From the NCBI GenBank assembly GCA_963705555.1, contig CAVPJZ010000001.1, forward strand, positions 449,009 through 513,008: a DNA stretch of 64,000 nucleotides. The letters are read 5' to 3'. This document shows, one piece after another, positions 28,845 through 38,537 of the stretch. A program made the position numbers and the translations under genes. Within the stretch, counting starts at the first letter, position 1. Every line of letters begins with the position of its first letter. The notes beneath the pieces were generated by a model that was given only the letters and a program-made list of their open reading frames with translations, did not search any database and was not told the origin of the DNA. This DNA is from an uncultured delta proteobacterium (GTDB lineage: Bacteria; Desulfobacterota; Syntrophia; Syntrophales; Smithellaceae).

Positions 28845-29345
28845 ATGAAAGATTTGAAATATATGAGTATCGCTGAAGATGCCATAAACAAAATCAAAAA
28901 AGGAGCTTTCTTAACCGTTAAGGCCGCGGACGCACTCAATACCATGACAATCGGCTGGGCCACTTTCGGATTCATCTGGCAAAAGCCGATCATGATGGTG
29001 GCAGTACGCTCTTCCCGTCACACCTTTGGTATTATAGAAAAGGCTTTAGACTTTACAGTTACAATACCTTCAGGCGATATGAGCAAGGCAATCGCTTTTT
29101 GCGGATCGAAATCGGGCCGGGATGTGGACAAGTTCAAGATGTGCAAGCTGGAAACAGCAAAAAGCCAGCATGTCGCGTCGCCGATCATCAAGGTGCCGGG
29201 GATTCATTATGAATGCAAAATAGTTTACAAATCCGCCATGAATCCGGTTCATCTGGATAAAAATTATGATAAGGCCCTCTATCCGCAAAAAGATTACCAC
29301 ACTCATTACTTTGGCGAGATATTGGCCTGCTACGAAACGGAATAA
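28845..29345 (+). CDS. flavin reductase-like FMN-binding domain protein
   Basis: 166 aa with GAFLTVKAADALNTMTIGWATFGFIWQKPIMMVAVRSSRHT, typical of the flavin reductase-like fold. Confidence 0.75.
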   Translation: MKDLKYMSIAEDAINKIKKGAFLTVKAADALNTMTIGWATFGFIWQKPIMMVAVRSSRHTFGIIEKALDFTVTIPSGDMSKAIAFCGSKSGRDVDKFKMCKLETAKSQHVASPIIKVPGIHYECKIVYKSAMNPVHLDKNYDKALYPQKDYHTHYFGEILACYETE

Positions 29346-29611
29346 TGCTGAGTGGTTTTTCAACGATACTTCAGCCGGGTCAAGAGGGTCAAATCTTTAC
29401 TCTTGATAATTGTCGATCCAAAAATCGTGAAGAGTGAAACGTGGCCATTATGTAATTGACATGCAGGGCCGTTTTTCCTATAGTTCGCTGCCGGAATAAT
29501 ATCTGGTCAAAATAAAATGTGGATATTTTGAACGAAGAGAAGAATATTAATAAAATCCTATCTATTGATATTTCTCATCGCCAATACTCCCTGAAATAAA
29601 AAAAGGAACAC

Positions 29612-31000
29612 TTGCAAGATTTCACTGAAGGCAATATTGGCAGACAGGTTGTTAATTTCAGCACGCCGCTAATGTTAGGTAATCTGCTGCTGTCCGTTTA
29701 CGGTATCATCAACATGATCTGGGTCGGCCGGCTTCTGGGCCACACAGCCGTGGCGGCAATCTCCGCCAGCCTGCCGATCATCATGCTGATGCCCGCATTT
29801 CTCATCGGCCTGGCCATGGCCACTAATGTCCTTATCGCCCAGGCATTCGGCCGCAAGGATACGGCACTGCTCAGAAAAATCCTGGCGAATTCCTTTTTCG
29901 CCTCTATCTTGTTCTGCCTGCTTATCTCCATCATCGCCCTTGTGCTGCGTCGCCAGTTGCTCGAATGGGTACATGCACCGCAGGAAATTCAGGAGATGGC
30001 CCTCGCTTATCTGACCATCATGATGGCCGCGCTGGTATTTCAGTTCTTTGTCTACTGGATGACGGCCATGCTGCGCGGCCTGGGTGACGCCAGAACAGTG
30101 GTGAAAATTCTCATCCTGCTTACGGTGTTTAATATTGTTTTTGTCCCGCTGTTTATTCGCGGCATCGGCCCTCTGCCACCTCTGGGCGTGGCCGGCGCGG
30201 CCTGGGGAACGGCGCTGGCAGCCATGGTGACCTGTATCATCGGCTATATTTACCTTGTGCGGCATAATCCATACATTAATATGCACAGCTGGGACTATAG
30301 TTTGGATTGGCACATCATCCGGGAGGTTTTCGTAATCGGTGTGCCCGCCTCGCTGCAGATGCTTGTGGTTTCGCTGGCCGGGGTATTCATTATCTCTCTG
30401 GTCAACAGTTACGGCACGGATGTTACCGCGGCCTTCGGCATTGGTATGCAAATCGATTTGCTAGCGGCCATTCCGGCCATGTCCATCGGGATGGCAGCGA
30501 CCTCGATTGCCGGTCAGAACCTGGGAGCGCAGAAGATGGACCGCGTTTTTCAGACTCTGCACATGTCGGTGTTTTTCGCTCTGGCTATCGCCCTTGCTTG
30601 CACCGCAGTGCTGGCGATTTTCCCTAATTACATCGGCGCAATTTTCCTCGAGCAATCAGCCGAACATGCAAAGGTGCTGAATCTTGTGGGCGAATATTAT
30701 CATTGGATGGCGTTTATTTTTCCCTGCTTTGCCGTTATCTTCGTCATTCAGGGTGTCCTGCGCAGCGCAGGCGACACGATGGCCTTGCTGGTTCTCTCGT
30801 TTGTCGCTCTGATCATCATTCGCATTCCTCTTGCCTACGTGCTGGCCGGCCCCTTCGGCTTCAAACAGGAGGGCATCTGGATGGCGATGCTTTTCAGCAG
30901 CGCGCTGGCCGTCGGGTTGAACTGGCTTTACTACAAAGGCGGCCGGTGGAAGAAGAAGCGGATATTAGGAAAGCAAAAACCGTCTGAATCAATGAACTGA
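29612..31000 (+). CDS. MATE-family multidrug efflux transporter (GC-rich block)
   Basis: 462 aa with 12 predicted TM helices and a MATE-like N-terminus (GNIGRQVVNFSTPLMLGNLL). A sample line is about 62% GC. TTG start. Confidence 0.85.
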   Translation: MQDFTEGNIGRQVVNFSTPLMLGNLLLSVYGIINMIWVGRLLGHTAVAAISASLPIIMLMPAFLIGLAMATNVLIAQAFGRKDTALLRKILANSFFASILFCLLISIIALVLRRQLLEWVHAPQEIQEMALAYLTIMMAALVFQFFVYWMTAMLRGLGDARTVVKILILLTVFNIVFVPLFIRGIGPLPPLGVAGAAWGTALAAMVTCIIGYIYLVRHNPYINMHSWDYSLDWHIIREVFVIGVPASLQMLVVSLAGVFIISLVNSYGTDVTAAFGIGMQIDLLAAIPAMSIGMAATSIAGQNLGAQKMDRVFQTLHMSVFFALAIALACTAVLAIFPNYIGAIFLEQSAEHAKVLNLVGEYYHWMAFIFPCFAVIFVIQGVLRSAGDTMALLVLSFVALIIIRIPLAYVLAGPFGFKQEGIWMAMLFSSALAVGLNWLYYKGGRWKKKRILGKQKPSESMN

Positions 31001-31020
31001 AAGAATGGATTCCAATCCTT

Positions 31021-31495
31021 TTAATACGCGCTGCAGCAGATGATCACATCGTCTACTTTCTTGAAATATATAGCCTTGGATTTTTCCTTTTTACTTCCAG
31101 GCTTCATATAGGTGTATTCCACCCATCCTTCACCTTTCGTTTTGGCTTTATCAATAATTTCTTTCCGGAATAATTTTCCCTTACTGTCTTTTTCGCGCAT
31201 CACATTCTTCCCTCGGAGCGACGGGCGGAAAGGATCAGCTATCAGCTTGCCTTTCAAATCGTAGGCAAACACATAGAGATAGTCTTTGACAAACTGTCCG
31301 TCCTGCTTATTAATTTCGGCTATGACCGCTTCTTTGCCGTTGGCCTTAATAAACTCCTCGGCTTTGAGCACCATTTCCTTGGCTTCGGCTTTTGCGCCGG
31401 CTTTCGCGCAAGCGATATCTTTTCCCAAAAAGTGCCCGAAAGTTCCCGCCAAAAGCATAAGCAACACAGCAAGCAAAAATTCTTTTAACTTTCAT
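31021..31495 (-). pseudogene. periplasmic single Cache-domain protein, with a frame break inside the signal peptide (T-run near 31470-31480)
   Basis: Mature part ..YLYVFAYDLKGKLIADPFRPSLRGKNVMREKDSKGKLF...GEGWVEYTYMKPGS (sCache-like). MKVKRIF at 31495 is in another frame. Confidence 0.65.
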
Positions 31496-31620
31496 GGTTC
31501 CCCCCTGAGAGATGAAATTGTCTCCTGATTTGTATAGTAGCATAACATCATTTTTTGAGAAACGGAAATTTAAAGATGACGGCGTGATTTTTGCCGCGGC
31601 GCTGCGATTCTTTTTTCATT

Positions 31621-31817
31621 GTGAAACTCCAATTTCCATAACGAAGTGTATAACCTAAAGGTCACACGTGGAAATTGGTAAGTTGAACAATCCCGCACAG
31701 CGGAGGGTAGTGAAACTCAAATTTTAAGAACGCAGTGAATTAAAAATTGTTAGCTGAACTATCCCGTATAAGCAGGGATATGATACCACGCAGCTTGCTT
31801 TGGGGTTCATACCCGGG
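31621..31817 (+). repeat. mosaic hairpin-module array E
   Basis: Type I modules at 31621-31693 (9-bp stem, loop carrying ATAACCTAAAGGTCAC) and 31709-31764. ATCCC hairpins. The terminal segment TATGATACCACGCAG...TTTGGGGTTCATACCCG is shared with array F. Confidence 0.85.
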
Positions 31818-31826
31818 ATCCAGTTC

Positions 31827-31855
31827 TTGACAATGACCGGCTATAAGTATTTAAT
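31827..31855 (+). promoter_or_regulatory. candidate sigma70 promoter TTGACA-17 nt-TTTAAT upstream of panE
   Basis: Consensus -35 hexamer with 17-nt spacing, 100 nt upstream of panE. Confidence 0.45.
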
Positions 31856-31957
31856 ATCAAAAGGGAGGAAATATGACGGACCGACCCAGCCCAGGTAATA
31901 CTGTATTGATTAAGGTTGCCGGCTTGCTTATAATCATCAGCGAAATCTATCGACACT

Positions 31958-32878
31958 ATGAAACCATCCATTAAGAAAATTGCCATCATCGGCGCAGGCG
32001 CTATGGGCGCGGTCTATGCCGCCCTGCTGCATGACACGGACCCCGGCTGTGTTTCTTTTGCGGCCAGGGGGAATCGCGCGCAACGACTTCGCCGCGATGG
32101 CCTGATCGTGAACGGCAAACTCTATAAGATTCCCGTCATCCCTCCGGAAGAAAACGCCGAACCTGCCGATCTCATCATCGTTGCCGTTAAAAACCAGCAT
32201 TTGGCCGAAGCTATCAGGGATATGCGTAACTTTGTCGGTCCGGAAACGATTATCATTTCCGTGATGAACGGTATTGACAGCGAAGAACAGATAGGCGCTG
32301 TCTATGGCCTGGATAAGGTCTTATACTGCGTGAATCTTGGGATTGACGCGTTACGGGAAGACAACCGTGTGATTTATACCACACAGGGCACACTATATTT
32401 CGGAGAGGAAACAAATCCTTTCCCGACCGAGCGGGTGAAGCGTGTTGGGGAACTTTTCAGCAAGGTGGGGATTGTTCATGAAACACCGCTGGATATGAAA
32501 CGCGTCCTGTGGCGAAAATTTATGATAAATGTCGGAATCAACCAGACATCCGCTGTGCTTGGCGCCCCTTATGCCGTGTTTCAAAATTCCGGCCAGGCAC
32601 GAGAACTGATGGAATCAGCCATGCGGGAAGTAATTCAGCTCGCCCAAAAAGCCGGCGTGAATCTTTCGGAAGACGATATCCGCGGCTTTGAGCCCGTTCT
32701 TGCCCGGTTGAATCCGCAGGGGAAGACCTCGATGCTGCAGGATGTGGATGCAGGCAGAAAGACCGAGGTGGAGATGTTTGCCGGCAGAGTAATAACATTG
32801 GGCAGACAATATAATGTGCCGGTGCCGGTAAATCAGATGCTGTTTGATAAGATCAGAGAGATTGAGTCTAAAAGATAA
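31958..32878 (+). CDS. panE: 2-dehydropantoate 2-reductase (ApbA/PanE family)
   Basis: 306 aa. N-terminal Rossmann KIAIIGAGAMGAVYA. ApbA_C-like C-terminus (KTSMLQDVDAGRKTEVE). Confidence 0.8.
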   Translation: MKPSIKKIAIIGAGAMGAVYAALLHDTDPGCVSFAARGNRAQRLRRDGLIVNGKLYKIPVIPPEENAEPADLIIVAVKNQHLAEAIRDMRNFVGPETIIISVMNGIDSEEQIGAVYGLDKVLYCVNLGIDALREDNRVIYTTQGTLYFGEETNPFPTERVKRVGELFSKVGIVHETPLDMKRVLWRKFMINVGINQTSAVLGAPYAVFQNSGQARELMESAMREVIQLAQKAGVNLSEDDIRGFEPVLARLNPQGKTSMLQDVDAGRKTEVEMFAGRVITLGRQYNVPVPVNQMLFDKIREIESKR

Positions 32879-32918
32879 TCAGAAACGATTCTATTTAAAT
32901 TCCTGATCAGTCCTAGCT
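32875..32918 (+). repeat. 45-nt element copy c (ATAATCAGAAACGATTCTATTTAAATTCCTGATCAGTCCTAGCT)
   Basis: Starts within the panE stop codon. Aligns to 26451-26495. Confidence 0.7.
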
Positions 32919-33044
32919 TTCCGGTGAGCAATTATTTTTCTTAAACCATTTTTGAGGAGGTATCAACATTCTGGAAGAAGTGGGCGACCGGTTGAATCCC
33001 TTCCTGCACCTGTTGCGCTTTAAGTCTCGCCAAGCAGCATACTT

Positions 33045-33897
33045 TTATGTATGTCCATTGTAGTCATATACGCCTTTGCCGGTCTTTCTCCCCAGTCGCC
33101 CGGCCTTTACCAGCTCGGCAAGCAATGGGGCTGGGCGGTACTTGTCGCCGAGTTGCTCCTGCAGGCTCTTGATGCAAAGGTAGACAACGTCGAGGCCGGA
33201 AGCATCGGATGCTTTGAAAGGCCCTACAGGGAAGCCGAGGCCGCGCTCACAGGCTTTGTCGATCTCCTCGGCTGTACCGACCCCCTCCTGTAACAGGAAG
33301 AACGCTTCGTTAAGGAGCGGAATATAGAGGCGATTGATGACGAATGCCGGCGAATCGGTGAACGTCACGGTGTCTTTCCCACAAGCCTTGAGTACTTCAA
33401 CAACGGCATTGCGGGTCTCATCCGCTGTTTTGAGGCCACGACTCACCTCCACGAGGGGGCTTAAGGCAGCGGGAATCAGAAAGTGAGTCCCGATGCATCG
33501 TGTCCGGGCGATTTGTGGCTGCGGCAATCTCGCTCACGCTGAGGGTGGACGTGTTGGTGGCGAGGATGGTGTGGGGCCCGCAGATGCGGTCCAACTCCCG
33601 GAATACCTCCCGCTTGGTTTTCATGTCTTCAAACACGGCTTCTATGATGAGGTCCGCATCGGCCAAGTCTAAAAGGTTTGAAGTGGTGCGAATTCTTGCC
33701 AGTACGGCCTGCCGATTCTCGATGCTCCGTTTGCCCCTGGCAACTTGCTTGTCCAGGAGATTTTCGATGGATTTGACGCCCCAGTCGAGGCGCTTGTCCG
33801 TCAGGTCATATAAAAAGGTTTCTAACCCACCATCCGCAAAAACGAGCCCGATCTGGGACCCCATCGTGCCTGCGCCTACGACGCCGATTTTCTTCAT
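33045..33897 (-). pseudogene. hbd: 3-hydroxyacyl-CoA (3-hydroxybutyryl-CoA) dehydrogenase, one frame break near 33420-33530
   Basis: MKKIGVVGAGTMGSQIG Rossmann start with a GGAGG SD. The C-terminal domain is in ORF 33045-33527 ([21 protein letters not shown]). Confidence 0.82.
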
Positions 33898-33928
33898 CGT
33901 TGTGCCTCCATGTGTGCATTTTTTCGTC

Positions 33929-34726
33929 TTACTTGCCCCGGAATTTGGCATAGTCCGGCTTTCTCTTTTCCATGAAGGCTCTCTTGCCTTCCAGCGATTC
34001 GTCCGTTTCGTAGAACATGCTGAGGCCGCCGACACCCAGGTTGGAGATACCCATCACACCGTCTGTCTCACCATGAAAAGAATACTTGAGCATCTTCAGG
34101 GCGGTGGGGCTTTTTTCCAACAGCTCCCGGCACCATTTCGCGACTTCTTCGTCAAGTTTGTCCGGGGGAACGACGGCGTTGACGAGGCCCATGTCCAGTG
34201 CTTCTCTGGCCGTATAACGCCGGCACAGATACCAGATCTCCTTGGCCTTCTTCATCCCCACGGCCCGGGCGAGGTCCCCCGTGCCGTAGCCGGGGTCGAA
34301 GCTTCCCACCCGAGGACCGGCCTGGCCGAACTGAGCTGTCTCGGAAGCGATGGAGAGGTCGCAAACCACCTGGAACACGTTCCCTCCGCCGATGGCATAG
34401 CCGTTGACACGGGCGATAACCGGTTTGGGAATCGTACGGATTAATAGCGATACCTGCTGCCAGCCTACCTCGAGGGGCAGGGCGGCGACTGTTCCGACGT
34501 AGCCGCCTTTGTCACGGATCGATTGGTCACCACCGGTACAAAAGGCCTTATCGCCTGCACCGGTGAGCACGACCACGCCCACGTCCGTATCAACCCATGC
34601 GTCGGTGAGGGCCTGGGTAAGTTCGTAGATAGTCACCGGCGTACAGGCGTTGTGCTTCTCCGGCCGGTTGATCGTGATCGTGGCGATTCCCTCTCTTTTC
34701 TCGTAGATAATTTCAGTGAATTTCAT
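33929..34726 (-). CDS. crotonase-superfamily enzyme, MenB (1,4-dihydroxy-2-naphthoyl-CoA synthase)-like
   Basis: Intact 265 aa. Motifs: AFCTGGDQSIRDKGGY, GYAIGGGNVFQVVCDLSIA, GSFDPGYGTGDLAR, and the C-terminus EGKRAFMEKRKPDYAKF. Confidence 0.75.
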   Translation of the reverse strand: MKFTEIIYEKREGIATITINRPEKHNACTPVTIYELTQALTDAWVDTDVGVVVLTGAGDKAFCTGGDQSIRDKGGYVGTVAALPLEVGWQQVSLLIRTIPKPVIARVNGYAIGGGNVFQVVCDLSIASETAQFGQAGPRVGSFDPGYGTGDLARAVGMKKAKEIWYLCRRYTAREALDMGLVNAVVPPDKLDEEVAKWCRELLEKSPTALKMLKYSFHGETDGVMGISNLGVGGLSMFYETDESLEGKRAFMEKRKPDYAKFRGK

Positions 34727-34986
34727 TTCGCACCTCTGATTCTATCTTATGTTTTTATTCAGGCCGTATTCATGGTAGGGAATTGGGGGAGTAATCAATA
34801 TTTCATTCCCGAATTCCCTGGGTTCGTTTTGTTCTCCCGAATGCTGAAGATGTTATTTCAAGAGAGACGGGAAGCATTATAAACCAGCGTTATGTTATTT
34901 TGCCAGATAAATAAGTTGATGGAATACCGGAATCCCAACAGGAAGCCGCAAACTGCGTAGAATATACCCGCTGAGATTCAATTCTG

Positions 34987-35014
34987 AATAATCGGGGGTG
35001 GGTTCTATTTAATT
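34987..35014 (+). repeat. partial copy b of the TTCTATTTA element (AATAATCGGGGGTGGGTTCTATTTAATT)
   Basis: Shares AATAATCGGGG..GGTTCTATTTA with 26451-26476. Confidence 0.55.
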
Positions 35015-35057
35015 ATTTTAATTTTCTGGATTTACCCTATCCTTTCGTAATCCTCAT

Positions 35058-35086
35058 TTGACATGCCCATGAGGAAGTTGTAGAAT
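35058..35086 (+). promoter_or_regulatory. candidate sigma70 promoter TTGACA-17 nt-TAGAAT for the second nitroreductase
   Basis: Hexamers and spacing read directly, about 30 nt upstream of the start at 35119. Confidence 0.5.
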
Positions 35087-35118
35087 TCTACTCGTAATAC
35101 TTCGATGGAGGTGCAACA

Positions 35119-35721
35119 GTGGAATTATCAGACGTTATCGCTTCACGTAGGAGCATTCGTAAATTCAGGCAGAAGGATATTTCGGTTGATACTGTCCACC
35201 TGCTTCTGGATGCCGCGCGGCTCGCCCCTTCGGGATCAAACCTTCAACCCGCGCGTTTCATCGTCGCTCAATCATCTACCGCCAAAGAAGCCCTTAGCCG
35301 GTTTACGCCCTATAAGTTTATTATCAAGGCAGCGGTTATTTTTGTATGCTGCGCCGACCTGACAACAATCATAACAAGAGAGACGCGTGTCGGAGAACTG
35401 CTGAAAGAAGGCGCCTTCGATGGTGTGGATATGGATATGAATGATCCATCAGCCGTAAGCCCGATCATGGACGCAGAAGCGGTTAGGGCCTATCTTTCCA
35501 TGAATGTGGCGATTGCTATAGAGCACATTGTTCTTAAGGCTGTTGATCTGGGTCTGGGCAGTTGCTGGTTAGGAAGGTTTGATCGCGATAAGGTAAAAAA
35601 GTTTCTGGCACTGGACGAAAGTATCTTCCCGGTAGTGCTTCTGCCTGTGGGGCATCCTGATCAGTCACCCAAGGCAAGACCGCGCTTTCCTTTAGACAAA
35701 TATGTGCTGAAGACAATCTAA
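35119..35721 (+). CDS. nitroreductase-family protein (second paralogue)
   Basis: 200 aa with VIASRRSIRKFRQKDIS...ARLAPSGSNLQP. Confidence 0.85.
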   Translation: MELSDVIASRRSIRKFRQKDISVDTVHLLLDAARLAPSGSNLQPARFIVAQSSTAKEALSRFTPYKFIIKAAVIFVCCADLTTIITRETRVGELLKEGAFDGVDMDMNDPSAVSPIMDAEAVRAYLSMNVAIAIEHIVLKAVDLGLGSCWLGRFDRDKVKKFLALDESIFPVVLLPVGHPDQSPKARPRFPLDKYVLKTI

Positions 35722-35910
35722 GCCAATACCTAATTTCAGGGACACGATACCAGTTAAAGAAACCAATAGGGTCAACCCTTTTTTCTTGACAACTAGCCAT
35801 TTACAAGAGAAAATTATTAGCGTAGATAAAAATGTTTTCTGTTTGCGGAAAAGAATCCCTTAACCGATTTAACACTGCAATCGATATTGTATGTATTCAG
35901 TTACTTCCTT

Positions 35911-37561
35911 TTACCACGGATCGACAAAAGAGTGGTCTGCCCCATGGGGTCGCTGAGCGGGAACAGAATTCAAACCCTGCATAATCCATTTGCGGGTATC
36001 GGCCGGATCAATGACCGCGTCGATTTCCAGGTAGGCGGCCATATTGATGGCTTTGCCTCTTTCATACATTTGGGCAACAAGTTTATCATAGAGCGCTTCA
36101 CGCTCCTTCGGGTCTTTTATAGCCGCAAGCTCTTTTTTAAAACCGGCCTTGACCGCGCCTTCCAGCCCCATGGCGCCGAATTCCCCGGTCGGCCAGGCGG
36201 CTGTGAAAAATGATTCATGAAAGCCGCCCTTGGCCATCGCCATAGCTCCGAGGCCGTAGCCCCGGCGTAAAACAATCGTAAAGTAAGGCACGGTTAAATG
36301 CGAGCCGATGACAAACATGCGGCAGACATGGCGCACCTGCGCGCGCTTTTCGATTTCCGGCCCGACCATGAAGCCGGGAGTATCGCACAAAGATAGAATC
36401 GGCAGACCATGCGCACTGCAAATCTGCATCAGCCGCGCTACTTTGTCCGCGCCTTCCGCTTCAATGGCTCCGGCCATGTGCATGCAGTTATTGGCGATGA
36501 CACCAAAAGGCCTGCCTTCGATTCTGATAAAGCCGGTAAACATACTCGGGACCGAATTTGGGCCTCAGCTCCAGAAAGGAATCCGTATCGGCAAGCGTCT
36601 TAATGACTATGCGCACGTCATAAGCGCGCCGCCTGTTTTCCGGAATCAAACGGCGCAGGCGTAGTTGATCGGCGGCTTCCCATTTGGAAATTGTTCCCTG
36701 AAAATAGGAAAGATATTTTTTGGTGACGGCCACCATTTCTACATCATCGGCCACTTCAATATCGACAACACCGTTTTGTGTCTGCACATCAATCGGGCCG
36801 ACCTCTTCCGGTTTGAAAACACCAAGGCCGCCGCCTTCAATCATTACCGGGCCGCCCATACCGATATTGGAATTACCGGTGGCGATAATCACGTCGCAAC
36901 AGCCCAGTAGGGCCGCATTGCCCGCGAAGCAGGGCCCCGATACTACGCCGACCACCGGCACCTTGCCGCTGAGTCGGGCGAAAGAGCCGAAGGTGGACAA
37001 ATCCAGACCCGCTACCATGACGCCTGCGGCATCAACATCGCCCGGCCTGCCGCCGCCGCCTTCCGCGAACAAAACCAGAGGCAGGCGCTGTTCATGCGCC
37101 AGATTAAGCATGCGATCCATTTTTTTGTGATTGAAAAAACCCTGAGTGCCGGCCAGAACGGTATAATCGTAAGCCATGACCATACAACGGGCCTTGTCGT
37201 CAGGAAATAGCGAGCCGTTGACCGATCCGATGCCCGCGATCAGGCCGTCGCCGGGAGTTTTGCTGATGAGATCATCTATTGAACGGCGGCCGCGTTGCGC
37301 GGCGATTGTCAGAGCTCCGTATTCGATGAAACGGCCGTTATCGCAAAGATCCTCCACATTGGCGCGTGCTGTGCGCTGGTTTTTCTGCTGTCTTTTGGCC
37401 ACCGCGTCGGGGCGGTTGATATCAAGGCCGAAAGAATGCCTTTTGATTACCTCGGCAAGGTCAGAGCGTATGGGATTGTTATCGGTTTCTTTACTCGCGG
37501 GCGGGGTGTTTTTTTCTTTTGCTGAATCTTCTTTGTCTTTAGTTGTTTTCATGTGCTGCAA
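35911..37561 (-). pseudogene. acyl-CoA carboxylase carboxyltransferase (beta) subunit, one frame break near 36490-36545
   Basis: Carboxyl-transferase domains are split over ORFs 36488-37561 and 35911-36543 (GGGRPGD.., PLVLFAEGGG, LPILSLCDTPGFMVG). Confidence 0.8.
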
Positions 37562-37800
37562 GCTCCCTTATCTGATGCTGATTGCGCTGATGACAAATTC
37601 ATACAATAATCATCCGCGTATATCAAGTAATCCGTCGGTATCCGCGAGAAAACGTGAATATAACTCAAAAAAAGCAGTTTTAAATTTCCGGCTCTTTAGT
37701 TTTTGAAATATCGCAACTTGTTTGAGGAAATGGTGTATAATATGATTATCAATTAAATAACGGGTCCCGCACCGATGCGGATTTTGTGTGAGAAAGTTTT

Positions 37801-38430
37801 ATGCCAACCACGGACAGCAAACGTAAGATGACGGATGATCTGAAAAGATGCGTACAATTTCACGGGCATATCTGTCCCGGCCTGATATACGGTTACCGGG
37901 TAGCCAAAGAGGCAATGAAATTGATGAAGCTCAGGCGAGCTGTTGATGAGGAAGTGGTTGCCATTTGCGAAAACGATTCCTGCGCCGTCGACGCCCTTCA
38001 GATTTTGCTTGGCACGGTGGCGGGTAAAGGCAATCTGATAATCAAAGATTTCGGGAAGAATGCCTATACGGTGCTGAGCCGCTCCAAACGTCAGGCTTAT
38101 AGATTTTCACGAAAGACACGGTACGAATACAAGGGTAAGGCTAAAAAAGTGTTTGACCGGTTGGAGGCAGCTATTGCCGCCGGGACGGCGTCGGAAGATG
38201 ATCGACGGGATCTAAAGCGCCTCAAGGTGAATGATCTGCTTGCGCGACCCTTCGGGGAAATCTTTACAACCACAAAAGTGCCCTTCGATGAGCCCCTCTA
38301 TGCGCCGCTTGCGCCATCTGAACCTTGTGCTATATGCGGCGAGATGACTATGGCGGCAAAGATGATGAAATTAAGCGATGGACGGCAAGCCTGCATTCCC
38401 TGTTCACAAAAAAAGCTAACGCGGCCATGA
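37801..38430 (+). CDS. FmdE-domain protein with C-terminal zinc ribbon
   Basis: FHGHICPGLIYGYRVAKEAM (FmdE signature). C-terminal CAICGE...CIPC. Confidence 0.8.
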   Translation: MPTTDSKRKMTDDLKRCVQFHGHICPGLIYGYRVAKEAMKLMKLRRAVDEEVVAICENDSCAVDALQILLGTVAGKGNLIIKDFGKNAYTVLSRSKRQAYRFSRKTRYEYKGKAKKVFDRLEAAIAAGTASEDDRRDLKRLKVNDLLARPFGEIFTTTKVPFDEPLYAPLAPSEPCAICGEMTMAAKMMKLSDGRQACIPCSQKKLTRP

Positions 38431-38438
38431 TTAATCCC

Positions 38439-38480
38439 TAATCTTTGACGATTCTATTTAAATGCAGATAAAAATAGAAC
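38439..38480 (+). repeat. partial copy d of the TTCTATTTA element with an internal inverted repeat (TTCTATTT / AAATAGAA)
   Basis: TAATCTTTGACGATTCTATTTAAATGCAGATAAAAATAGAAC, located between the FmdE-domain gene and the sulfatase gene. Confidence 0.5.
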
Positions 38481-38537
38481 CATAAAAACTATAAAGTCCT
38501 ATAAGGTCTTAGTGTCACAGTCCCTTCAAAAAGGAGG

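Noticed and set aside
29675-30451. Long antisense or alternate-frame ORFs in GC-rich genes (29675-30451, 33500-34444, 45127-45735, 46503-47300, 52290-53243, 53904-54404 and others).
   Set aside because: They fully overlap genes with strong family motifs, and their Arg/Gly/Pro/His-rich composition is that of shadow ORFs in high-GC DNA.
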